Source: Candidatus Eiseniibacteriota bacterium
GTDB taxonomy: Bacteria; Eisenbacteria; RBG-16-71-46
Assembly: GCA_038231135.1 (NCBI GenBank)
Contig: JBBRLX010000020.1
Location: 1 to 64,000, forward strand
DNA length: 64,000 bases
Direction of reading: 5' to 3'
A model generated the notes under the pieces. The model saw only the letters and a list, made by a program, of their open reading frames with translations. It did not search any database and was not told the origin of the DNA. Shown in pieces: positions 29,502 to 37,194 of this stretch (position 1 is its first letter; each line of letters starts with the position of its first letter). A program made the position numbers and the translations under genes.

Positions 29502-30040
29502 CGGGTCGCCGGCGTCGCGGCCGGCACGAGCCGGAACCGCGCGAGCACCCTCCGGCCCGCCGCCGACATGACGAGTTCCTCGAACGCCCGGGCGCCATCG
29601 GCCTCCGCCGCGTCGCGCAGCACCGCCATCGAGTACCCGCCGTCCCGCTGCCCCAAGCCGTTCCGCGCGAACGCGATCGGGCGTGCGCCGAGCCGTCCGA
29701 GTGCGGCGGCGTGCTGCATCGTACGCGCGTCGGCCGCGGCCAGCAGGTCGGGCCGCGCGCCGAGTTCGAGCCGGCTCACCAGCTGCTGCGTGTCCCCGAA
29801 GCTGAACCGCACGCGCAGACCGGGCCGCCGGCGTTCGAGCGTGCGCCCCAGTTCACCGAACGCCCCCGACAGCGATGCCGTGGCGAACACGGTCACGATG
29901 CGCATGGAGGAGTCGGAGGCGGAGGGTGTGCCGGCATGCATGAGCAGCATCACGAGCGCCATCACCAGCAGCGCACGACCCGGGGCGCGCGGGCGCGGCC
30001 GGCCTGGCGGGACGGCGTGCGGGTGGGCAACGCTTCGCAT
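29498..30040 (-). CDS. modA: ModA-like substrate-binding protein, internally deleted (single lobe)
   Basis: AGGAGG RBS and signal peptide. VTVFATASL..FSFG..QL..GARPDL..AD..FARN joins almost directly to YSMAVL..ARAF..GRRVLARF. 180 aa. Confidence 0.7.
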   Translation of the reverse strand: MRSVAHPHAVPPGRPRPRAPGRALLVMALVMLLMHAGTPSASDSSMRIVTVFATASLSGAFGELGRTLERRRPGLRVRFSFGDTQQLVSRLELGARPDLLAAADARTMQHAAALGRLGARPIAFARNGLGQRDGGYSMAVLRDAAEADGARAFEELVMSAAGRRVLARFRLVPAATPATR

Positions 30041-30301
30041 GACACCTCCTGTGCGGGGGCCTGTTGCCGGGCGCTCGCGGGCAGTACCCACGGGTCACGT
30101 CGTGTTCGATGCTCCAGTTTGTGGTACTCAGCGTCGTCGCGCAATGGGACGGGCGCGCCCGCCGGGTCGGGTGCGGCCGGTGGGATTGCCCGCCGCGGTG
30201 CATGGCCCTAGGATTCGCGGAGTCTCGCGGATGCCGCGATGGTGCCGCCGCCTCGTCAGCGGCTCCGGACGCGCGGTGCGACACGCCAGGAGGACGGACC
30301 G

Positions 30302-31210
30302 ATGGGCCGCTTCGACAACCTGCGGGAGATCGAACGACTCGATCCCGAGCGCGACCACCAGCGGATCATGCATCTGTCGTTCGGCTACGAGTTCAGCTGG
30401 GATTCGGTGCGGGCGCTCGAAGTCGCGTTGTACCGGTCCTATTGCATTCCCAGCATCTCGGCGCTGCTCGACCGCACCGGCGAGTTCCAGAACCACACGC
30501 AGCGGCGCTACGATGATACCGCGATCCTGATCGCCGAATTGTGCGAGTGGGGCTACGAGACCGGGCGCGGACGTGACGCCCTCGACCGGGTGAACTGGGC
30601 GCACGGGCACTACAAGATCGCGAACGACGACTTCCTGTACGTGCTGTCGACGTTCATCTTCGAGCCGATCCGGTGGATCGACACATTCTGCTGGCGCCGG
30701 TTGTCATCGAACGAGCGGCTGGCGTTCTACTGGTTCTGGCGCGGGGTTGGCACGCGGATGGGCATCCACGACATACCGGAATCGTACGAGGCGTTCGAAC
30801 GCTGGACGGCGGACTACGAGGCCCGGCGACGGGTGTTCGCCGAGACGAATCACCGCGTCGGGTCCGCGACCCGGGATCTGTTCGCGTCCTGGTATCCACG
30901 TATCGTGACGCCGGTCGTGCGCTACGGCATCTATGCGCTGCTCGACGACGCGATGCTCCAGGCGTTCGGTTTCCCAAAGCCGCTGCCGTTCACGCGGCCG
31001 ATGCTGCGCGCCGCGCTCAAATTGCGTGGCCGGGTGGTGCGGTGGCTGCCGCCGCGCCGCGAGCCGCAGTTTTTCACGGATGGCCGCAATCGGACGCATC
31101 CCGGGGGCTACGACATCAAAGGTCTCGGACCCACGGCGTTGATCGAGCAGGAGCGCTGCGGCCGGCCGGCCGGCGGTGGCGACACCGCGGCGCGCGGGGA
31201 GGCGCCATGA
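30302..31210 (+). CDS. DUF2236 / MpaB-RoxA-like oxygenase family protein
   Basis: ALYRSYCIPSISALL..TGEF..QRRYDDT, NWAHGHY..NDDFLYVLSTF, MGIHDIP. Confidence 0.85.
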   Translation: MGRFDNLREIERLDPERDHQRIMHLSFGYEFSWDSVRALEVALYRSYCIPSISALLDRTGEFQNHTQRRYDDTAILIAELCEWGYETGRGRDALDRVNWAHGHYKIANDDFLYVLSTFIFEPIRWIDTFCWRRLSSNERLAFYWFWRGVGTRMGIHDIPESYEAFERWTADYEARRRVFAETNHRVGSATRDLFASWYPRIVTPVVRYGIYALLDDAMLQAFGFPKPLPFTRPMLRAALKLRGRVVRWLPPRREPQFFTDGRNRTHPGGYDIKGLGPTALIEQERCGRPAGGGDTAARGEAP

Positions 31211-31599
31211 GCCCCGCTGCGAAGCCCGCTGCCGGACGCGGCGGGGGCACCGTGCTGGTCGTCGAGGACGATGCCGACATCCGCGACAGCCTCGCGGCGA
31301 TCCTCGAGGGCCGCGGCTACGTCGTGCACACCGCCTGCGACGGCGCGGAGGGTCTCGCGCTGCTGCGCGCCGGTCTCCGGCCGTGCCTGACGCTCGTCGA
31401 TCTGATGATGCCGGTGATGAACGGCTGGGAGTTTCGCGCCGAGCTGCTGCGCGATCCGGAGCTGGTCCGGCTCAAGGTGGTCGTGCTGTCGGGCGTCGCC
31501 GATATCCGCCAGCACGCGGCGACCCTGGGTGCTGTGAGTTACCTGAGCAAGCCGATCAACCTGCCGATGCTGTTCGGCACTCTCGAGCAATACTGCTGA
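31207..31599 (+). CDS. Single-domain response regulator (receiver)
   Basis: VLVVEDD, DLMMPVMNGWEF, LSKP. ATGA overlap with the DUF2236 gene. Confidence 0.9.
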   Translation: MSPAAKPAAGRGGGTVLVVEDDADIRDSLAAILEGRGYVVHTACDGAEGLALLRAGLRPCLTLVDLMMPVMNGWEFRAELLRDPELVRLKVVVLSGVADIRQHAATLGAVSYLSKPINLPMLFGTLEQYC

Positions 31600-31654
31600 G
31601 AGGGTTCCCAACCGCCCCGCCACGCTGCACGGCGGCGGCCGCGCGGAGATTCGA

Positions 31655-32320
31655 ATGGACGTCACGCCCTGGCTCGCCGTCGATCGCTACTTCGCGGACC
31701 AGTTGCTGCCGCAGGACGCGGCGCTCGACGCCGCGCTGGCCGCCAGCGCGGCCGCCGGCCTGCCCGCGATCCAGGTGTCGGCGTTGCAGGGCAAGCTGTT
31801 GCAGCTGATGGCGATGCTGATGGGAGCTCGTAACATCCTCGAAGTCGGCACGCTCGGCGGTTACAGCGCGATCTGGCTCGCGCGCGCCCTGCCGCCGGGC
31901 GGCAGGCTGGTCACGCTGGAGATCGATCCGAACCATGCGCGGGTGGCGCTCGCGAACCTCGCCCATGCCGGACTCGCGGACCGGGTCGAACTCCGGCTCG
32001 GCCCCGCGGCGGACTCGCTGGCGCAGCTCGTCGAGCAGGGGGCCGGGCCGTTCGACCTGGTGTTCATCGACGCCGACAAGCCCGGGAACACCGGCTACTT
32101 CGACCGCGCGCTCGAGCTGTCGCGACCCGGCACCGCGATCGTGATCGACAACGTCGTGCGCAACGGCGCGGTGCTCGATCCGCACGGGGATGCAAACGTG
32201 GCCGGCGCGCGGCGGGTGATCGAACGACTGGCGGGGCACCGCCGGGTGACGGCCACCGTGATCCAGACGGTGGGCGCCAAGGGTTACGATGGCTTCGCGC
32301 TCGCGCGCGTGATCGAGTAG
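31655..32320 (+). CDS. Class I SAM-dependent O-methyltransferase (caffeoyl-CoA/catechol OMT family)
   Basis: ILEVGTLGGYS, FDLVFIDADK, IDNVVRNG, KGYDGF. Confidence 0.93.
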   Translation: MDVTPWLAVDRYFADQLLPQDAALDAALAASAAAGLPAIQVSALQGKLLQLMAMLMGARNILEVGTLGGYSAIWLARALPPGGRLVTLEIDPNHARVALANLAHAGLADRVELRLGPAADSLAQLVEQGAGPFDLVFIDADKPGNTGYFDRALELSRPGTAIVIDNVVRNGAVLDPHGDANVAGARRVIERLAGHRRVTATVIQTVGAKGYDGFALARVIE

Positions 32321-32358
32321 CGCGGCGCAGGGCGGAACGCCTGCGCTATACTCAGCCG

Positions 32359-32997
32359 ATGAAACGGCGCCGGTTCCTGCAGCTCGCGGTTGCATTGCCG
32401 GCGCTGTGGGCGATGCTCGAGCGGCTTCGCACCCCTGAGGCATGGGCGTCGGCGGCGCGCGCCGCCATCCCGCCGGGGACGTCCCGCGCCGCGCTACCGC
32501 CCACGCCCGATTGCGACGATGGCGACGAAACGCCCGCGGAGACCGAGGGGCCGTTCTACAAGCCGCGCTCGCCACGCCGCAGTTCGTTGATCGAGTCCGG
32601 CCTCGCCGGCACCCGGATCGTGCTCACCGGCAGGGTGCTGTCGCACCACTGCGAGCCCGTGAACAACGCGCTGCTCGACTTCTGGCACGCGGACTCGAAC
32701 GGCGACTACGACAACGATGGCTTCCGCTGCCGTGGACATCAGTACACCGACGCGGAGGGCCGCTACCGCCTCGAGACCGTGGTTCCCGGCCTGTACCCGG
32801 GACGCACCCGGCACTTTCACGTGAAGGTGCAGGGACCGGGCGCCCGGCTGCTCACCACCCAGCTGTATTTCCCCCGCGAGCCGCGCAATTCCGAGGACTC
32901 CCTGTTCCGCGCTGAATTGCTCATGAGGGTACGCAGTGGAGTGCAGCGGCGCGATGCCCGGTTCGACTTCGTGATCGAGGACTCCAGTCGCTCGTGA
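32359..32997 (+). CDS. Intradiol ring-cleavage dioxygenase-like protein with Tat signal
   Basis: MKRRRFLQ Tat motif. TEGPFY, WHADSNGDY, RGHQYTD, PGLYPGRTRHFHVKV, TTQLYF. Confidence 0.88.
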   Translation: MKRRRFLQLAVALPALWAMLERLRTPEAWASAARAAIPPGTSRAALPPTPDCDDGDETPAETEGPFYKPRSPRRSSLIESGLAGTRIVLTGRVLSHHCEPVNNALLDFWHADSNGDYDNDGFRCRGHQYTDAEGRYRLETVVPGLYPGRTRHFHVKVQGPGARLLTTQLYFPREPRNSEDSLFRAELLMRVRSGVQRRDARFDFVIEDSSRS

Positions 32998-33197
32998 ACC
33001 GCCGGGCAAACCCCAAGCGATCCCATGAACTGCGTGGGGTAATGGAATCGTGGGTCGATCGAAACTTCGGTCGGCCCACGTTTTATGTCCGGAATCTGTC
33101 CAGTTCCGGTGATAGAGTCTAGGCTGCCGTTTCCTTCAGCCGTTCGCCATTTAGCACACGTTCGTGCATCGGATACCGCCGCCGATCCGCGGGGGGA

Positions 33198-36100
33198 GTG
33201 TCCACAGTGAATTTGCATTCGAGCGTTTCCATGTCGCGGCGCCTGCACTGGATCCCGGCGTTGTGTGCGGTGTTGGGGCTGGCGGCGTTCGTTGCGGACG
33301 AGGCCGCTGCCGCCGGCGTGGACCTGTCGTGGGACGAATGCGGCCTCGCCGGCAGCCAGTTCAAGGCCTCGGCCTGTGCGTCGAACACCGGCTCGCCCTA
33401 CAACCTGGTGGCATCGTTCCAGCCCCCCGGCGGTATCACGCAACTCGTCGGCATCACCGCCGACCTGCGGGTCTCCTCGATCGCGCTGCCCGACTGGTGG
33501 AAGCACGGCAGCGGGCAATGCCGGGGCACGTCATCGCTGCTCACGAACTTCGATTTCACCTCGGGGCCGGTGGTATGCCGGCCCGTGTGGTCGGTGCCGG
33601 TGTTCGGAGGCTACACGTACACGCTGGGCGACTATGGGCCCAACACCGCACGGCTGCGGGTGTCGGCGTTCGTGTCCGACGACCAGGCGGCGGCGGTGCG
33701 GCCCGATTCCGAGTACTACGCTTTTCGTGCTCAGATCCTGGCCGATCGTTCGACGGGCGCCGGCAGCTGCGCCGGCTGCTCGGCGCCGGTCGCGCTGTCG
33801 ATCGTCCGCATGCAGCTGTTTCAACCCGCCGCGCAGGCGAACAATCCGATCCTGACGACTGCGTTGCACCGGGACACCGCGTACTGGCAGGCGGTGCCAA
33901 TCCCGCCGCCCGCGATCGCAGCGTTTTCGCCGCAATGCCTGGTGCCGGCGGGAGTGGTCACGATCCAAGGGCACTATTTCACCGGTGTGACGTCGGTGAC
34001 GTTCGGCCCGCTCGAGACCCCCGCCGTATTCTCGGTGGTGTCCGACAGCGTCGTCACGGCAACGCTTCCCGATGACGCGGTACCGGGCACCATCAAGCTC
34101 ACGAGCAGCTACGGCACCGGGTCCGGGCCCTACAATTTCGCGATCGGAGCGCTGCTGCGCGCGACGCTGACCGCGCTGCCGCATACGGCGCCGGCGGGAA
34201 CGGTGATCGCGGTGTTCGGTCGCGGCATGGTGTCGGTCACCGGCGTCACCGTCGGCGGCATCGGCGCGACGTTCAACGCCAGCTCCGACAGCGTGCTCCA
34301 TGTGACCGTCCCCGCGGCGGCCGCGACTGGACGCATCGTCGTGACGAGCTGCTCCGGCAACGACACCACGGATGCGTTCCACATCGGACCGCTGTCCGAG
34401 GGGTTCCTCAACCTGGCGTGGGACGACTGCGGAACCGCGGGAACCGCGCTCAAGACGTTTGCGTGCGATTCGAACGCTCCCACGTTCCCGCTGATCGTTT
34501 CGTTCGTTCCGCCGCTGGACGTGAACCGCCTCGGCGGCATCGCGGCCGATCTCCGGCTCCAGTCCGGTCAGGTTCCCGACTGGTGGAAGTTCGGCGCGGG
34601 ATTGTGCCGCGGTGCACTGGCTCCCGCGGTGAACCTGGCGTTCACCGGGCCGCCGGCATCGTGCGCGAATCCGTGGAATTCGGTGCCGAGCGTGACGACG
34701 AGTTACGACCTGGGCTACTACGGGCCGAATACGGCGCGCCTGCACGTATTCGCCAGCTTCAACTCCGTCACGTCGCGCGCCGTGTCGCCCGACTCCGAGT
34801 ACTACGGACTGCGCGTGCTGGTGGACGCCAGCCACACGACGGGCGTGGGCGCGTGCGACGGCTGTGACGTGCCGCAGAGCCTGACGCTGGACGGCCTGCA
34901 ACTGTTCCAGCTCGCCGAGTACGGCTACGACCCGATGATCGAGGCGCCGAAGAATCGCAACACGGTGTACTGGCAGGGCACACCGGGCCCGCCGCCGACG
35001 CTGACGTCGATCACCCCCGCCGCGGGCCCGGTCGGATCCACGGTGCGGCTGAGCGGCGCCCGCCTGGCGACCACCCATGACGTGCGCTTCAATGGTACGG
35101 CCGCGACGTTTGGCGTGACAGGCGACACGCTGGTCACCGCCACGGTTCCCGCCGGCGCGCGAACCGGCACCGTGCTCGTGCTCACGCACTACGGCTCGGC
35201 GATCGCGCCCCTGATCTTCGTGCTGCCGCCGCACATCGCCTCGTTCATTCCCGCCCAGGCGCCGATCGGATTCGACGTTTTGGTCACCGGCACCGATTTC
35301 ACGAGCACCTCGGCGGTATCGTTCGGCGGCGTGGCCGCCTCGTTCCAGGCCCTGTCCGACGTCGAACTCTCGACGTCCGTGCCCCTGGGCGCCCACAACG
35401 GGCCCATCATCGTGACGAACGCCGCCGGTAGCGACACCTCGCGCACGGATTTCATCGTCAGCTCGTTCACGAATGGCGGCGGCATCAACCTGTCGTGGGG
35501 CGATTGCGGCACCTTCGGACTCCACAACACTTCGTTCGCGTGCAACAGCAATCTGGGGACACCGTTCGTACTGATTGGGTCGTTCACTCCTCCACCCGGT
35601 ATCAGCAATTTCCTCGGAATTAACGCACAGGTCGACATCACGACCGATCAGGCGACGTTGCCGGACTGGTGGCGGCACGGCGCGGGCCAATGCCGCGGCA
35701 CGACCGGCCTCAGCAGCGGTTTCGACTTCACGGTGGGCCCGTTCAGTTGCACCGATTTCTATGCCGGAATGGCAGCGGGCGGATTCGCGTATGACGTGGC
35801 GTTCGGGTCGCCGGCGCGCGCGCGCTTGCGCCTCACGTGTGCGGTGCCGATCGACAACCGGGGTCCGGTGGATCCGTCGGTCGAGTACTACGCGTTCAAA
35901 GTCAACCTGCTGCGCGCCAAGACGACCGGCGCGGGCAATTGCGCCGGCTGTGCGAACCAGGCTTGCATCGTGCTGAACAACATCCAGTTGTTCCAGACGC
36001 CGGAAGCGCAGTTCGATCCCGTCGTGTCGAACCCCCAGTATTCGAACTTCGTCACGTGGCAGGGCCAGCCCGCGTCATGCCCGATGTCGACCGCCGTGCA

Positions 36101-36632
36101 GGTGGCCGTGGTGTCCGGCGATGCGCTCGCGGGCGTGGTGCATGTAGTGTGGAGCGTGAACGGCTTCGACCATGCCACGATCGAGCGGCGTGAAGGCGCG
36201 GGCAACTGGCTGCCGCTCGACGTCCGGATTCCCGACGGCACACACCATGTCAGTTATGACGACGCCGCCGTGCGCGCCGGCGTGACGTATTCGTACCGGC
36301 TCGGCCTCCCCGTGCCGGAGGGCGAGGTGTACCAGGGAGAAGTGTCGATCACGGTGCCGGCGACCGCTGAACTGTCGCTCGGCCCCGTGATCGTGGGAGG
36401 GAACGCGGCGACGCTGGCCTTTACGCTGACGCTGCCGGCCGCTGGGCCGGCGACGGTCGACGTGTTCGACGCCACCGGCCGGCGGTGTGCGGGCCAGCAT
36501 CTCGACCGGATGGCGGCGGGGGCGCACGCGGTATCGCTGCGGCCCGCGAACCCGCTCGCGGCCGGGATGTACTTCGCCCGCGTGCGGGCAGGCAGCGGAC
36601 AGGTGAGCCGCCGGTTCGTGGTGCTCCGGTGA
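33198..36632 (+). CDS. Large secreted protein: three copies of an unrecognised Cys-rich domain, IPT/TIG domains and a T9SS-like C-terminal domain
   Basis: Repeats start GVDLSWDECG, GFLNLAWDDCG and GINLSWGDCG. TIG-like segments, e.g. TSITPAAGPVGSTVRLSG. C-terminal FTL..DVFDATGRR..GMYFARV..RRFVVLR. Confidence 0.8.
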   Translation: MSTVNLHSSVSMSRRLHWIPALCAVLGLAAFVADEAAAAGVDLSWDECGLAGSQFKASACASNTGSPYNLVASFQPPGGITQLVGITADLRVSSIALPDWWKHGSGQCRGTSSLLTNFDFTSGPVVCRPVWSVPVFGGYTYTLGDYGPNTARLRVSAFVSDDQAAAVRPDSEYYAFRAQILADRSTGAGSCAGCSAPVALSIVRMQLFQPAAQANNPILTTALHRDTAYWQAVPIPPPAIAAFSPQCLVPAGVVTIQGHYFTGVTSVTFGPLETPAVFSVVSDSVVTATLPDDAVPGTIKLTSSYGTGSGPYNFAIGALLRATLTALPHTAPAGTVIAVFGRGMVSVTGVTVGGIGATFNASSDSVLHVTVPAAAATGRIVVTSCSGNDTTDAFHIGPLSEGFLNLAWDDCGTAGTALKTFACDSNAPTFPLIVSFVPPLDVNRLGGIAADLRLQSGQVPDWWKFGAGLCRGALAPAVNLAFTGPPASCANPWNSVPSVTTSYDLGYYGPNTARLHVFASFNSVTSRAVSPDSEYYGLRVLVDASHTTGVGACDGCDVPQSLTLDGLQLFQLAEYGYDPMIEAPKNRNTVYWQGTPGPPPTLTSITPAAGPVGSTVRLSGARLATTHDVRFNGTAATFGVTGDTLVTATVPAGARTGTVLVLTHYGSAIAPLIFVLPPHIASFIPAQAPIGFDVLVTGTDFTSTSAVSFGGVAASFQALSDVELSTSVPLGAHNGPIIVTNAAGSDTSRTDFIVSSFTNGGGINLSWGDCGTFGLHNTSFACNSNLGTPFVLIGSFTPPPGISNFLGINAQVDITTDQATLPDWWRHGAGQCRGTTGLSSGFDFTVGPFSCTDFYAGMAAGGFAYDVAFGSPARARLRLTCAVPIDNRGPVDPSVEYYAFKVNLLRAKTTGAGNCAGCANQACIVLNNIQLFQTPEAQFDPVVSNPQYSNFVTWQGQPASCPMSTAVQVAVVSGDALAGVVHVVWSVNGFDHATIERREGAGNWLPLDVRIPDGTHHVSYDDAAVRAGVTYSYRLGLPVPEGEVYQGEVSITVPATAELSLGPVIVGGNAATLAFTLTLPAAGPATVDVFDATGRRCAGQHLDRMAAGAHAVSLRPANPLAAGMYFARVRAGSGQVSRRFVVLR

Positions 36633-36740
36633 AATCCGGATTCCTCACTTTGCGACCGGCGGCGGGCCGGGGCTGACCCGCCCCGGCGCTCGTCCATCGC
36701 GATTCCGCGCCGGTCGATGGGGCGCCCGCGTTCGGCGTAA

Positions 36741-36780
36741 CTACGAAGGTTTTCGTTGACTCTACGAACACCTTCGTAGA
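36741..36780 (+). promoter_or_regulatory. Tandem BlaI-type operator palindromes overlapping a -35 box
   Basis: CTACGAA-ggtt-TTCGTTG (36741-36758) and perfect TCTACGAA-cacc-TTCGTAGA (36761-36780). TTGACT at 36756-36761. Lies 28 bp upstream of the BlaI-family gene. Confidence 0.7.
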
Positions 36781-36807
36781 TCTTGTTCGCGGACGAGGAG
36801 GACCGCC

Positions 36808-37194
36808 ATGAAAACCTCAAAGGAACTGCCGCGGCCGACGCAGGCCGAGCTCGAGATCCTCAGCGTGCTGTGGCAGGAGGGGCCGAGTTCGGTGCGCGAC
36901 GTTCAGCGCCAGCTGGGTAAGGCGCCCGGCTATACCACGGTGCTCAAGCAGCTCCAGATCATGGCAGGCAAGAAGCTGGTCGTGCGCGACGAGAGCCAGC
37001 GCAGCCACGTCTATCAGGCGGCGGTCGCGCGCGAACAAACGCAGCGTCAGCTCGTGACCGATCTCGTGGAGCGCGCGTTCGGCGGCTCCTCGAGCCAGCT
37101 CATCCTGCAGGCGCTCGCCACCCGCCCCGCGTCTCGCGATGAAATGCGGGAGATTCGACGGTTGCTCGAACAGGCAGGAGGGGACAAGTCATGA
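36808..37194 (+). CDS. BlaI/MecI/CopY-family transcriptional repressor
   Basis: PTQAELEILSVLW..GYTTVLKQLQIM..RSHVY..LVERAFGGS. GAGGAGG RBS. Confidence 0.93.
   Translation: MKTSKELPRPTQAELEILSVLWQEGPSSVRDVQRQLGKAPGYTTVLKQLQIMAGKKLVVRDESQRSHVYQAAVAREQTQRQLVTDLVERAFGGSSSQLILQALATRPASRDEMREIRRLLEQAGGDKS

Noticed and set aside
30100..30235. Possible Moco riboswitch upstream of modA (minus strand ACTCCG..CCTAGGG)
   Set aside because: The conserved GAAA..GCCUCC..GGAAAGG elements are not visible. An Infernal search with the Moco RNA model would be needed.
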